A DNA stretch of 64,000 nucleotides from Lachnospiraceae bacterium (GTDB lineage: Bacteria > Bacillota > Clostridia > Lachnospirales > Lachnospiraceae), in assembly GCA_045589155.1 (NCBI GenBank), contig JAZNGC010000017.1, forward strand, positions 3,771 through 67,770, read 5' to 3'. The notes under the pieces were generated by a model. It was not told the origin of the DNA, made no database searches, and saw only the letters and a list, made by a program, of their open reading frames with translations. Below, piece after piece: positions 29,034 through 39,216 of this stretch. Made by a program: the position numbers and the translations under genes. How positions within the stretch are numbered: the stretch's first letter is position 1; every line of letters starts with the position of its first letter.

Positions 29034-30903
29034 TTTTTTAAACTTAAATGAAGCCCAAAGAAGGGCTGTAACCCATCCGGAAGGACCGGCTATTGTGTTA
29101 GCCGGTCCCGGAAGTGGGAAAACATTTCTGATTGTAAACAGGATTATTTATTTGATTGAGTATCAAAAAGTAATACCTGAAACAATTCTTGTCATCACAT
29201 TTACAAAGGCAGCTGCCCTTTCTATGCAGCGCCGTTTCGAAAAGAGTACCGAAGGTAAGTATACAAAAGTCCGGTTTGGTACTTTTCATTCATTCTTTTT
29301 CCAAATCTTAAAAGAGTACGATTCGTACAACAATAATTCCCTGTTTGAAACTGAAGAAAAGAAACTATATCTGAAAAATACTTTTGCAGAGTTGGGAATA
29401 CAATGGGATAATTCTATTGATTATGTCTCATTTATTTCGAATCCTTTATTATATGCCACGGAGAGTAGGACGGAAGAACAGATACGTCAGGTAATAAAGA
29501 CGTTAAAGAAGCAAATCCGACGAGATAGAAAACTGGATTTTGATGACATGTCTGAACTTGTGCTGAGTTTGCTAAAAAAGCATCCACAAATATTGAAGGA
29601 ACTTCAAAACAGATATAAGTATATTCTGGTTGATGAATATCAGGATAGCAATCGGAGTCAGGAAGAAATTTTAAAACTCTTATCTGCCCCGTCTTATCAA
29701 ATAATGGTTGTGGGGGATGATGACCAGTCAATCTATGGATTTCGCGGAAGTGAGCCCGGGATTATGAGTGGCTTTAGAAGGCAGTTTCCGGGGGCAAGAA
29801 TGTATGTTTTGGAAAGAAATTACCGAAGTACACAAAGAATTGTTTTTGCAGCAACACAGGTAATAAATGAAAATAGAAACCGGTTTAAAAAAGATTTGAA
29901 ATCTGAGGCGGAAACGGGAGAAAAGGTTCGTTGTCTGGGATTTCAAAATAAAAAAATGGAGCTGTTGTATATAGCAAAAAGGCTTATGGAATTAAATCAG
30001 AAATATAACATTTCATTTTCTGATATGGCGGTTATTACCAGAACCAATAGGGAACAGGATTCTTTAAAGTGTTTTTTACAGAAAAATAAGATTCCATGTA
30101 TAAAAGGAAAAAAACAAAGGGAGCTATCAGAACATTTTGTAGCCAAAGAATTGTTGGATTGCTTTGAATTTTTAATCGGCAAAAGAGATAGAGCACCTGC
30201 AATATGGAATGCAATCGGCGGTGATGAAAAGAAGCGCAGAATTTTAGAAAAGCAGGTTCCGATAGCTGCGATACATTTTATATGTAATGTTATGGGCTAT
30301 ATTAAAGTGTTGCAAAAACAGGCAATATCCGTGGGGAAGAGAGAAGAAATGGATGCGGAGAATTTGCTCGCAGAGTGGATAAAAGTGATTTCTATCATAA
30401 AAGAACATGGAAAAAATCATTTAGTGTTAAAGGATTGGGTTTTACAACTTAGAATATATCTGGAAGAGTATGAAACAAAGGAGGTTACATCCGGAGTAAA
30501 TATATTGACTATGCATGGGGCAAAAGGGCTGGAGTTTTCCTATGTATGTATTCCAGATGCAAATGAAGGGGTAATTCCGGGAAAACGGTGTAAAAAAGAA
30601 GAGGAACCGGAAGAGGAGAGAAGACTCTTTTATGTGGCTATGACAAGAGCGAAAAAAATCTTGGATATCCTTTACCTCACAGGCACACCGGATTATCCAA
30701 GATTTCCATCCCGTTTTTTGAATCCATTGTTAAAATCAGAAATGATACTTAAAAGCGATTATTCCTCATCGTCAACCAATTCGTCAAATTCTACATTATC
30801 TAAGAATTCATCGAATGCGTCAGCAACATCCTCGTATTCATCGTCATCTTCAATAAAAATCAACTCAGGCTCTACGTTGGGATCATTTTCATCTTCACGG
30901 TAG
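29026..30903 (+). CDS. UvrD/PcrA-like ATP-dependent DNA helicase
   Basis: [52 protein letters not shown]; ATG 29026 overlaps gltX stop. Confidence 0.9.
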   Translation: MLNFLNLNEAQRRAVTHPEGPAIVLAGPGSGKTFLIVNRIIYLIEYQKVIPETILVITFTKAAALSMQRRFEKSTEGKYTKVRFGTFHSFFFQILKEYDSYNNNSLFETEEKKLYLKNTFAELGIQWDNSIDYVSFISNPLLYATESRTEEQIRQVIKTLKKQIRRDRKLDFDDMSELVLSLLKKHPQILKELQNRYKYILVDEYQDSNRSQEEILKLLSAPSYQIMVVGDDDQSIYGFRGSEPGIMSGFRRQFPGARMYVLERNYRSTQRIVFAATQVINENRNRFKKDLKSEAETGEKVRCLGFQNKKMELLYIAKRLMELNQKYNISFSDMAVITRTNREQDSLKCFLQKNKIPCIKGKKQRELSEHFVAKELLDCFEFLIGKRDRAPAIWNAIGGDEKKRRILEKQVPIAAIHFICNVMGYIKVLQKQAISVGKREEMDAENLLAEWIKVISIIKEHGKNHLVLKDWVLQLRIYLEEYETKEVTSGVNILTMHGAKGLEFSYVCIPDANEGVIPGKRCKKEEEPEEERRLFYVAMTRAKKILDILYLTGTPDYPRFPSRFLNPLLKSEMILKSDYSSSSTNSSNSTLSKNSSNASATSSYSSSSSIKINSGSTLGSFSSSR

Positions 30904-31079
30904 CCGTAAAACCATACTTCGCCATCATTGTTTTGACCGTTTTCGTCAAGAGGCATAAGCGCAATATAATCCTTTCCGCTTACTTCAAGAATGGTGATAA
31001 CTGCACAGTTGACTTTATCGCCATCGTCAAGTGTCAGTTCTACGGTCATTTCTTCTTCGGCGTAATCTTTTTTTGCCAT
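30759..31079 (-). CDS. DUF1292-like small acidic protein
   Basis: [23 protein letters not shown] pattern; AGGAG RBS. Confidence 0.8.
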   Translation of the reverse strand: MAKKDYAEEEMTVELTLDDGDKVNCAVITILEVSGKDYIALMPLDENGQNNDGEVWFYGYREDENDPNVEPELIFIEDDDEYEDVADAFDEFLDNVEFDELVDDEE

Positions 31080-31187
31080 GGGGAAAATCTCCTTTGCTTT
31101 TTTTTATCATTATATCCTTTTCTGATTAACTTAGCAATGTTATAATAAAATATATAAAAAATAAAGTATACGGGGAAGGTTAACTTT

Positions 31188-33032
31188 ATGAGAATCAAAA
31201 AAACTATGGGAAAAATCGCACCTCTTGGTGTGAGTGTAGCGGGAAAAGAATTACAATTTGTATTTGTCAGTGCATCAAAGGATTGTGGGGTTGTTTTGTA
31301 TGATGCCAAGGAAGGAAAAGAAATAGAGAGAATTTCTTTTCCGGAGGAATACCGTGTGGGAAATGTACACACTATGTGTGTGCAGGGAATAACAGCAAAG
31401 GAATTTTTATATTCATTCTATGAAGGAGATACCCTTGTAAACGATTTATATGCCCGTAAATTCGCCGGAAATAAAGAGTATGGGGATTTATGCGGATTAC
31501 ATGCAAAAATGGCTGTATTTGACCGTACAGAATATGCTTGGGACGAAGACAGGAATCCTCATATTCCCTACGAACAAAGCATCGTGTACGGAATGCATGT
31601 GCGTGGGTTTACACAGCATGCTTCTTCTAAAGTAACCAATAGAGGTACTTTTAAGGGTGTGGAAGAGAAAATACCATATTTGAAGGAACTGGGAATTACG
31701 ACAATTGAATTTCAGCCTGTTTATGAGTTTGATGAAGCCTATGAAAAAGGTGGAAATAAGGAAGAGGGGAAATTCTTTAAAATGCCCGACCCGGGAAATA
31801 CAGATAAAACAGTGGAGGTTGGAAAGAATTACTGGGGCTATACAAAAGGATATTATTATGCGCCCAAAAACAGTTATGCCGTTGGGGACTGCGTAAAAGA
31901 GTTTAAGGATTTGATTAAAGCATTACATAAAAACAATATGGAAGCTGTTTTGCAGTTCTATTTCCCCGGGGAAGTAGGTGCGTGGGAGATTTTGGATATT
32001 CTCCGTTACTGGGTAATGGAATATCATGTAGACGGTTTCCATATCAAAGGGCAGTGTACACCCATGGATTTAATCTGTTCGGATCCTGTATTAAAAGACG
32101 TTAAACTTTGGTATTATGACTTTTCCAATCCTGGAATGGGAAAAACGGAAGATAGAAAATACGGGATATATAATGATGATTTTGCAAGTGTGATGAGACG
32201 TTTTGTAAAAGGCGATGAGGATATGGTTGGGACAACCCTTGAATATATGAGAAAACAACCCTCACACGCCGGCAAGATTAATTATATATCCAATTACGAC
32301 GGCTTTACTCTTATGGATGCGGTAAGCTATGAGAGAAAGCATAACGAAGCTAACGGAGAAGAAAATAAAGACGGAAGTGATTATAATTTCAGTTGGAACT
32401 GTGGTATGGAGGGACCTTCCAAAAAGAAAGGAATATCCAAATTACGTATACAGCAAATCAAGAATTTCATGACGTTACTGATCTTCTCCCAAGGTACACC
32501 TATGATTTTTATGGGAGATGAGTTTGGAAATTCCCAGGAGGGAAATAATAATCCCTATTGTCAGGATAATGAAATTACCTGGCTGGATTGGAAGGATTTG
32601 GATAAAAATGAGGAAATCTATGAGTTTTTCAAGTGCTTGGTTGCTTTAAGGAAAGTCCATCCTGTTTTGCGGCAGGAAAAACAACTCAGACAGATGGATT
32701 ACATTTCAAGTGGATATCCTGATTTGTCCTATCACGGAGAAGAGCCTTGGAAACCGATGATGGAAAGATACAGTCATCAAATTGGTATTATGCTTTGCGG
32801 AAAATATGCCCGTATCGACAGGATGACAGAGGACAATTCCTTCTATATTGGTATAAATATGCATTGGGAAGAACATTCTTACGCATTGCCTAAACTTCCA
32901 AAGGGAGAGCAGTGGAAATTATGCCTTTGTACGGAAAAGGATAAAGAAATTGTAATAGATGAAAACCGATGCATTACTATATCACCCAGAAGTATATGTG
33001 TTTTTCAAAGCAGTAAAGGCGGAAAGAAGTAG
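31188..33032 (+). CDS. GlgX/isoamylase-like GH13 protein with degenerate catalytic site
   Basis: HVRGFT, NYWGY, KHNEANGE, SWNCG, GNNNPYCQDN retained; DGFRFD replaced by DGFHIK. Confidence 0.85.
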   Translation: MRIKKTMGKIAPLGVSVAGKELQFVFVSASKDCGVVLYDAKEGKEIERISFPEEYRVGNVHTMCVQGITAKEFLYSFYEGDTLVNDLYARKFAGNKEYGDLCGLHAKMAVFDRTEYAWDEDRNPHIPYEQSIVYGMHVRGFTQHASSKVTNRGTFKGVEEKIPYLKELGITTIEFQPVYEFDEAYEKGGNKEEGKFFKMPDPGNTDKTVEVGKNYWGYTKGYYYAPKNSYAVGDCVKEFKDLIKALHKNNMEAVLQFYFPGEVGAWEILDILRYWVMEYHVDGFHIKGQCTPMDLICSDPVLKDVKLWYYDFSNPGMGKTEDRKYGIYNDDFASVMRRFVKGDEDMVGTTLEYMRKQPSHAGKINYISNYDGFTLMDAVSYERKHNEANGEENKDGSDYNFSWNCGMEGPSKKKGISKLRIQQIKNFMTLLIFSQGTPMIFMGDEFGNSQEGNNNPYCQDNEITWLDWKDLDKNEEIYEFFKCLVALRKVHPVLRQEKQLRQMDYISSGYPDLSYHGEEPWKPMMERYSHQIGIMLCGKYARIDRMTEDNSFYIGINMHWEEHSYALPKLPKGEQWKLCLCTEKDKEIVIDENRCITISPRSICVFQSSKGGKK

Positions 33033-33034
33033 AC

Positions 33035-33565
33035 ATGAAGGTTTGGAAACATTTTAAAACCATTACCTACCATAAATGGTTGGTATTAAAAGGTTGCTTT
33101 AAAGTGGGACTTTACAAACAGGGACTATGTCATGATTTGTCCAAGTACAGTCCAACGGAATTTTTTGTTGGAGCGAAGTATTATCAAGGGGATAGAAGTC
33201 CCAATAACGCGGAACGGGAAGAAATAGGATATTCATCCGCCTGGTTGCATCATAAGGGCAGAAACAAACATCATTATGAATATTGGATTGATTATGCTAT
33301 CCTTGAAATTGAAGGCGGCATGCTGCCGGTTCCCATGCCGGATAAATACATTGCGGAAATGTTTATGGACCGTATTGCGGCCAGCAAAGTGTACTTAAGT
33401 GATAAATACACTGATTGTGCGCCTTTTGAGTATTACAAAAAGAGAAAAGACAATCCTCTTATGCATGAAAAAACAAAGGAAAAACTGGAATTTTTACTCT
33501 CTATGTTGTCGGAAAAAGGAGAGAAGGAAACTTTCCGTTACATCAAAAAAGAATTTCTTAAGTGA
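33035..33565 (+). CDS. DUF5662-like His-rich (HD-like) protein
   Basis: HDLSKY, WLHHKGRNKHHYEYW, EMFMDR. Confidence 0.7.
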   Translation: MKVWKHFKTITYHKWLVLKGCFKVGLYKQGLCHDLSKYSPTEFFVGAKYYQGDRSPNNAEREEIGYSSAWLHHKGRNKHHYEYWIDYAILEIEGGMLPVPMPDKYIAEMFMDRIAASKVYLSDKYTDCAPFEYYKKRKDNPLMHEKTKEKLEFLLSMLSEKGEKETFRYIKKEFLK

Positions 33566-33644
33566 TTTAGTCAATAAGAAATAGTGCACATTTTCGGGAA
33601 GAAAAGAATAGACTACATTAAAGCTTAATAAGTGAGAATAATGC

Positions 33645-34004
33645 ATGAATTGTTGGTTGATTTTTTTTCTTCTGATATGTGGCGGAAATCAGGGCGGAAG
33701 CTGTGGACGCCGAATGAATAGTAATTGTGACTGCAACAGAATAGGCTGTGGTAACGACTGTATGGAAGAACGCAGAGAGGAATGTTGTGAAACACGTAGG
33801 GATGAATGTTGTGAAGTGCACCGGGAACAGTGTTGTAGAGAAAGACAGGAAGAACGCAGGGAAGAGAGAAGAGATAATAGAAGAGATGGCAGAAAAGACT
33901 GCGACTGTTGCGATAATGACAACCGTTATGAAATGAATACTCCCCCATGGGCCAGAGCGGGTGAACGTGACAGAGACGATTCCTGCGGATGCCAGAACAG
34001 ATAA
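33645..34004 (+). CDS. Cys/Arg/Glu-rich small protein, probably spore-associated
   Basis: 119 aa, 18 Cys, hydrophobic N-terminus, upstream AC-N17-AATAGACTA (33588-33615), own terminator. Confidence 0.65.
   Translation: MNCWLIFFLLICGGNQGGSCGRRMNSNCDCNRIGCGNDCMEERREECCETRRDECCEVHREQCCRERQEERREERRDNRRDGRKDCDCCDNDNRYEMNTPPWARAGERDRDDSCGCQNR
33765..33908 (+). repeat. Degenerate 24-nt (8-aa) tandem repeat, about 6 units
   Basis: EERREECC/ETRRDECC/EVHREQCC/RERQEERR/EERRDNRR/DGRKDCDC; first three units end in TGTTGT. Confidence 0.7.
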
Positions 34005-34029
34005 CTTAAAACGTTGTAGGTAAAAATTA

Positions 34030-34064
34030 AGCCGCTTCTCTATTAATGAGAAGCGGCTGTTTTT
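34030..34064. terminator. Bidirectional terminator
   Basis: AGCCGCTTCTC-tattaat-GAGAAGCGGCT plus T-run. Confidence 0.8.
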
Positions 34065-34094
34065 ATTTGATGCCGGAAATCAAATATATGTTTA

Positions 34095-35159
34095 TTAATT
34101 GCTGGATGACATAACCTCTTTGTAGAGATTGCTGTACAATTCATCCGCTTCACTTCCAAGATAAGAGAAGGTTTCCAAATCATATTTGGAAAGGTCGGGG
34201 AAAGCAATCTCGGAATTTCTGATATCTTCCTCTTCGATTAATTCTTTCGCTGCCTCGTTAGGAGTGGAGTAGGTGATGTATTCGAAGTTCATCAGTGCGA
34301 TCTCAGGACGGCACATAAAGTCGATAAACTTTTCAGCATTTTCTTTGTTGGGGGAATCTTTCAAAACCACCCAGGAGTCAATCCAGATATTTGAGCCCTC
34401 ACTTGGAATGACATATTCCAAATCGGGATTTTCACGCTGAGTATAGATTGCTTCGCCGGAATAAATAACGCCGATAGCAGCCTCACCACTAATCATTTTG
34501 TCACGAACCTGATCGATAACATAAGCCTGAACAAGGGGCTTTTGTGCAATCAAATCTTCTTTTGCTTTCTCGAGTTCGCTTTCATCAAGAGAGTTTAAGG
34601 AGTAGCCGTTTAATTTCAGACCAACCATAAACAAATCGCGAACAGAGCTCTGCATCAGAATATTATCTTCGTATTTTTCGTTCCAAAGGTCTGCCCAAGA
34701 AGTGATAGGTTCCTCTACCATGGAAGTGTTGTAGAGAATACCTACGGTTCCCCAACAATAGGGGACAGAGAATTTATTTTCAGGGTCAAACTGTTTGGAC
34801 TGTTCATAGTACTGTGAACCGATGTTTGCTTTCGCATTGGGAAGGTTGTCCCAATTAAGCTCAGCCAACATATCGTTCTCAATCATTTTTGAAATCATAT
34901 AGTCTGAAGGACACACTACGTCATACTGGAATGCACCGGATTCCACCTTCGGGTACATCGCTTCATTTGTTTCAAATTCATCATAGATGACTTTGATGCC
35001 GGTTTCTTTTTCAAAAAGATCAATTGTTTCCTCGTCAATATACTCACCCCAGTTATAAACATAAACTTCGCCGTTTGGAGTATTGTTCTCGGAGCCGCAG
35101 CCGGTAAAGAGAGTGCCGATTAATGTGGCACAAACCGCAATAGCAATAAATTTTTTCAT
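34095..35159 (-). CDS. potD: Spermidine/putrescine ABC transporter substrate-binding lipoprotein
   Basis: FTGC lipobox, VYNWGEYID, PSDYM, PYCWGTVGI. Confidence 0.92.
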   Translation of the reverse strand: MKKFIAIAVCATLIGTLFTGCGSENNTPNGEVYVYNWGEYIDEETIDLFEKETGIKVIYDEFETNEAMYPKVESGAFQYDVVCPSDYMISKMIENDMLAELNWDNLPNAKANIGSQYYEQSKQFDPENKFSVPYCWGTVGILYNTSMVEEPITSWADLWNEKYEDNILMQSSVRDLFMVGLKLNGYSLNSLDESELEKAKEDLIAQKPLVQAYVIDQVRDKMISGEAAIGVIYSGEAIYTQRENPDLEYVIPSEGSNIWIDSWVVLKDSPNKENAEKFIDFMCRPEIALMNFEYITYSTPNEAAKELIEEEDIRNSEIAFPDLSKYDLETFSYLGSEADELYSNLYKEVMSSSN

Positions 35160-35199
35160 TCCTTTTAATTTTTGCCTCGTTCTTTCTTAAAATATATTG

Positions 35200-35988
35200 T
35201 TATTTGACAGCCGCAGTATCCTGTTTCTTTTTAGGTGCATAATTTACCAAAAGTAAAAGAATCAGTACTGTCACGAAGATGATAGTGGATAAAGCATACA
35301 TTTCCGGCTTGATGCCTTTACGCACTTCTGCATATATCTTCGTTGATAATGTATCAATTCCTGCGCCTTTTGTAAAGTGGGTAATTACAAAATCATCTAA
35401 AGACATGGTAAATGCCATGGTAAAACCGGAAATAATACCGGGCAAAATATCAGGGAATACCACTTTGAAAAAGGCTTGTGTATGTGAGGCACCAAGGTCA
35501 AGGGCAGCCTCATATGTGCTGGGATTCAGTTGCTTCATTCGTGGCATGACATTTAATATAACATAAGGAATGTTAAAAGTTATATGTGCCAGAAGGATTG
35601 TGAGAAATCCCATTTTAATTCCTAAAAATATAAAAAGAAGCATTAAAGAGATACCGGTAACGATTTCTGCATTCAGCATAGGAATGTTTGTGATTCCCAT
35701 GATGACGGTACGGCTTCTTTTTTTCATATTCTGCATGGCAATGCAGGTGATAGTACCGATAACAGTAGCAATGGTTGCAGAGAGGAAGGCAATTAAGAGA
35801 GTATTGCCTGCAGCCTGCAATATTTTTTCGTCTTGAAAAAGGGAAGTGTACCATTTTAAGGTAAAACCACCCCATTTTGAACGGGTTTTGCTCGCATTGA
35901 AAGACAGAACAATAAGAGTTCCGATGGGAGCATATAAGAAAATAAAAATAAGTGCAACATAAATACGTTGTGCGGTCGTTTTAATCAT
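35200..35988 (-). CDS. potC: Spermidine/putrescine ABC permease
   Basis: FLYAPI, EAALDLGA, SLDDFVI. Confidence 0.92.
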   Translation of the reverse strand: MIKTTAQRIYVALIFIFLYAPIGTLIVLSFNASKTRSKWGGFTLKWYTSLFQDEKILQAAGNTLLIAFLSATIATVIGTITCIAMQNMKKRSRTVIMGITNIPMLNAEIVTGISLMLLFIFLGIKMGFLTILLAHITFNIPYVILNVMPRMKQLNPSTYEAALDLGASHTQAFFKVVFPDILPGIISGFTMAFTMSLDDFVITHFTKGAGIDTLSTKIYAEVRKGIKPEMYALSTIIFVTVLILLLLVNYAPKKKQDTAAVK

Positions 35989-36800
35989 AACATGGAGCCC
36001 TCCCCGTCTTTATCGAAGATGGCGGTGCAGATCATATTTATGATAATAAAAATCATAAGTACAATGGATAATCCGCTTCCTAAGTGCCAATTATAGTTGG
36101 TGTTAAATTCAAGTTCGATAACGTTACCGATGAGCAGTATTTTGTTTCCGCCCAAAATGGTGGAAATAACGAAGGTGGTAAGAGCGGGAACAAATACCAT
36201 GGAAATACCACTCATAACACCAGGGATGCTTAAGGGGAAGGTAACCTTTGTAAAGGTTTTTAAAGAACCTGCACCTAAGTCTCTTGCTGCATTAATAACA
36301 TTGGGATCGATTTTCATAAGAGCATTATAAATAGGCAATATCATGAAAGGAAGGAAGTTGTAAACCATACCTAAAATGATAGCGCCCGGAGTGTTTATAA
36401 TATCCAGTGTAGGCAGACCGATTATTTTTAAAATACTGTTAAGAACACCGGTTTTTTCAAGCAAAGTGAGCCATGCAAAAGTTCTAAGCAGAAAGTTCAT
36501 CCACATGGGCAAAATAAAAATTAATACCAAAAAAGAATTGGATTTCATATTCATTTTGGTGAGTATCATAGCCAGAGGATAAGCCAAAAACAGACAGATA
36601 ACAGTGCTGGCCAAGGAGAGTAGGACGGAGAGCCAGAGAGCTTTTCCGTGCTCTGCGGTAGCAATGGCAGCAATATTACTGAAAGTAAATGCACCGGTTT
36701 TATCGGTAACACCATAATAAATCACCATAAAAAGAGGAATGATTATAAACACGGTAGCCCATAATAAATAGGGAGTAGCAAGTAATTTTCTTTTATTCAT
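35985..36800 (-). CDS. potB: Spermidine/putrescine ABC permease
   Basis: [27 protein letters not shown]. Confidence 0.92.
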   Translation of the reverse strand: MNKRKLLATPYLLWATVFIIIPLFMVIYYGVTDKTGAFTFSNIAAIATAEHGKALWLSVLLSLASTVICLFLAYPLAMILTKMNMKSNSFLVLIFILPMWMNFLLRTFAWLTLLEKTGVLNSILKIIGLPTLDIINTPGAIILGMVYNFLPFMILPIYNALMKIDPNVINAARDLGAGSLKTFTKVTFPLSIPGVMSGISMVFVPALTTFVISTILGGNKILLIGNVIELEFNTNYNWHLGSGLSIVLMIFIIINMICTAIFDKDGEGSML

Positions 36801-37869
36801 TAACTCCTACGGCCTCCTCGTCCTCTGATTCAGGTTTATTCATAATCTGAATGTTAAAAGGATCGACTTTTATGCCGACATTTGTGCCTACCGGGAACAT
36901 ACCGGTAGAGTGTACCAGCCATTCAAAACCGTTTGCCTGAACTTCCATTTCATAATGAACGCCCTTGAAGATAACATGGCTGACAACACCTTTGATAATG
37001 CCTTCTTCGGGATTTTTCGTAAGTTCAATATCTTCGGGACGGATTACAACGTCAACCGGTGTGTTACGTCCAAATCCTTCGTCAACACAAGCAAAACGGG
37101 CACCTAAGATTTCAACCAGACGGTCTTCAATCATAGTAGCACCGATAATGTTACTTTCACCGATAAAGTCTGCAACGAAAGCATTTTCAGGTTCGTTATA
37201 AATGCGTTCGGGAGAACCAATCTGCTGGATATAGCCCTGGTTCATAACTACGATGGTATCGGACATGGTAAGGGCTTCTTCCTGATCGTGGGTGACATAA
37301 ATAAATGTGATACCCAGTTCATTCTTTAAACGGATTAATTCATACTGCATGTCCTGACGGAGTTTAAGGTCGAGAGCGCCTAAAGGTTCATCAAGAAGCA
37401 ACAACTTGGGTTCATTAACGATAGCGCGGGCAATGGCAATACGTTGCTGCTGGCCACCGCTTAAAGAGTTGGGCATTCTTTTTTCAAAACCGTCAAGGTT
37501 AACAAGCTTCAAAGCATATTTAATCTTGTCGTCAATATATGCTTTGCTTTTATTTTTGATTTTCAAACCGAAAGCAATGTTTTCGGCGATGTTCATATGG
37601 GTAAAAAGAGCATACTTTTGAAAGACAGTGTTGAGCTGTCTTTTGTTAGGGGGGAGATTGGTAATATCCGTACCTTCAAATATGACGCGTCCTTTGTCGG
37701 GAGTTTCAAAACCACCTAAAATACGCAGAGTGGTAGTTTTGCCACAACCACTGGGACCTAAGAGGGTCAGAAATTCGTTTTCACGGATATAAAGATTCAG
37801 ATCATCGAGCACCATTTGCCCGTCATAAGATTTGGAAATGTTTTCCAGGTTTACCAAAACATTTTTCAT
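36793..37869 (-). CDS. potA: Spermidine/putrescine ABC ATP-binding protein
   Basis: [24 protein letters not shown]-terminal TOBE region. Confidence 0.93.
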   Translation of the reverse strand: MKNVLVNLENISKSYDGQMVLDDLNLYIRENEFLTLLGPSGCGKTTTLRILGGFETPDKGRVIFEGTDITNLPPNKRQLNTVFQKYALFTHMNIAENIAFGLKIKNKSKAYIDDKIKYALKLVNLDGFEKRMPNSLSGGQQQRIAIARAIVNEPKLLLLDEPLGALDLKLRQDMQYELIRLKNELGITFIYVTHDQEEALTMSDTIVVMNQGYIQQIGSPERIYNEPENAFVADFIGESNIIGATMIEDRLVEILGARFACVDEGFGRNTPVDVVIRPEDIELTKNPEEGIIKGVVSHVIFKGVHYEMEVQANGFEWLVHSTGMFPVGTNVGIKVDPFNIQIMNKPESEDEEAVGVNE

Positions 37870-38029
37870 TGTCTAAATCCTCCCAAAAAATCACTAATCA
37901 AGCAACATTTTATACTTATTCGACTAAAAAAGCAACGCATATTTTTACGTATTTTTTTACCTATTAACAAATAATAAAAGATATTGTATAATAAGTGATA
38001 GAAAATGTAAAATACGGAGGCGGTTACCT

Positions 38030-39088
38030 ATGGCAAAAGGAAAATACGTGGCTTATGTTTCCACATACACAATGGGAGATAAGCATGGTATTAAAATCTA
38101 TGATGTAGACATGAATAAGGGTAAATTCATTGAGAAGGATGAAGTTGAAATTACAAATTCTTCTTATGTGACGATCGCGAAAAATAAAAAGTATTTGTAC
38201 TCGATTACCGATTTTGGCGTAGAGTCCTATAAAATTTTGAAAGATGGTGGGCTTGAACTTGTTAATTTTGCTCCGATTAACGGTATGAGAGGTTGTTATT
38301 TGTCCACTGATTACGAAGATAAATATCTTTTTGTTGCAGGGTATCATGATGGAAAGTTGACCGTGTTAAAAGTGAACGAAGATGGTTCAGTCGGTATTAT
38401 AACGGATGAAATCTTCCATAAAGGAATCGGAAGCGTGGCAGAAAGAAATTTCCGTCCCCATATTACTTGTGCCAGAATGACACACGACAATAAATATTTA
38501 CTGGTTGCAGACCAGGGAATGGATCATGTTAATGTATACCGTCTTGACAGTAAAAACGGAACCTTGAAATTGGCGGATGTGCTTCGTGGTGATATTGAGT
38601 CTGCGCCCAGACATATCAAAATCTCCGCTAACGGTAAATTCATATATGTGGTACATGAACTGGCATGTAATATTACAGTATACAATTATGAAGAAAGAGA
38701 TGGTATTCCTTACTTTGACAGAATTCAGACCATCGAGACCACAACCGGGAAAAAGAAGGATGTGGGATCTTCAGCAAGTGCCTTGACATTTTCTATGGAT
38801 TATCATTATTTGGTTGCTTCCACATCAGGAGAAAACACTGTTGTTGTATATGAGGTGGACCAGGAAAACGGTAAGCTTACTAAATTGTTTGTGTTACCGG
38901 TAAGCGGCGAGTATCCCAAGGATGCTTCATTATTTCCGGACGATAAGCATTTGATATCCTTAAACCATGGCTCCAATACAATGACTTTCTTCCGTGTTGA
39001 CATAGAGAATAAGACGTTGATAATGTGTGGGCCGGAAATAAAGGTTGACCGTCCGAACTGTATTGCATTCCAGAAAGTTGAAGGATAG
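38030..39088 (+). CDS. Lactonase family 7-bladed beta-propeller (6-phosphogluconolactonase-like)
   Basis: YVSTYT, VAGYHDG, ADQGMD, APRH, GEYPKD. Confidence 0.8.
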   Translation: MAKGKYVAYVSTYTMGDKHGIKIYDVDMNKGKFIEKDEVEITNSSYVTIAKNKKYLYSITDFGVESYKILKDGGLELVNFAPINGMRGCYLSTDYEDKYLFVAGYHDGKLTVLKVNEDGSVGIITDEIFHKGIGSVAERNFRPHITCARMTHDNKYLLVADQGMDHVNVYRLDSKNGTLKLADVLRGDIESAPRHIKISANGKFIYVVHELACNITVYNYEERDGIPYFDRIQTIETTTGKKKDVGSSASALTFSMDYHYLVASTSGENTVVVYEVDQENGKLTKLFVLPVSGEYPKDASLFPDDKHLISLNHGSNTMTFFRVDIENKTLIMCGPEIKVDRPNCIAFQKVEG

Positions 39089-39132
39089 TAGAGTTTTATA
39101 AGGGATTAAATAAATATTCAATTAAAAAATTT

Positions 39133-39205
39133 AAAAGCCGAGTTTTCTATATTGTTTTTCAGACGTGCTTTCGCTCCGCAAAAAACAAATAGAAAATCGG
39201 CTTTT
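39133..39205. terminator. Long bidirectional terminator hairpin
   Basis: AAAAGCCGAGTTTTCTATATTGTTTTT...AAAAACAAATAGAAAATCGGCTTTT between convergent genes. Confidence 0.7.
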
Positions 39206-39216
39206 GTATTTTATAT

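Noticed and set aside
33765-33908. 24-nt periodic sequence as a CRISPR array
   Set aside because: No spacers, degenerate in-frame coding repeats, no cas genes
33625-33948. Minus-strand ORFs over the Cys-rich gene
   Set aside because: The plus-strand frame has the promoter-like motif, terminator and coherent repeat; low-complexity DNA explains the open reverse frames
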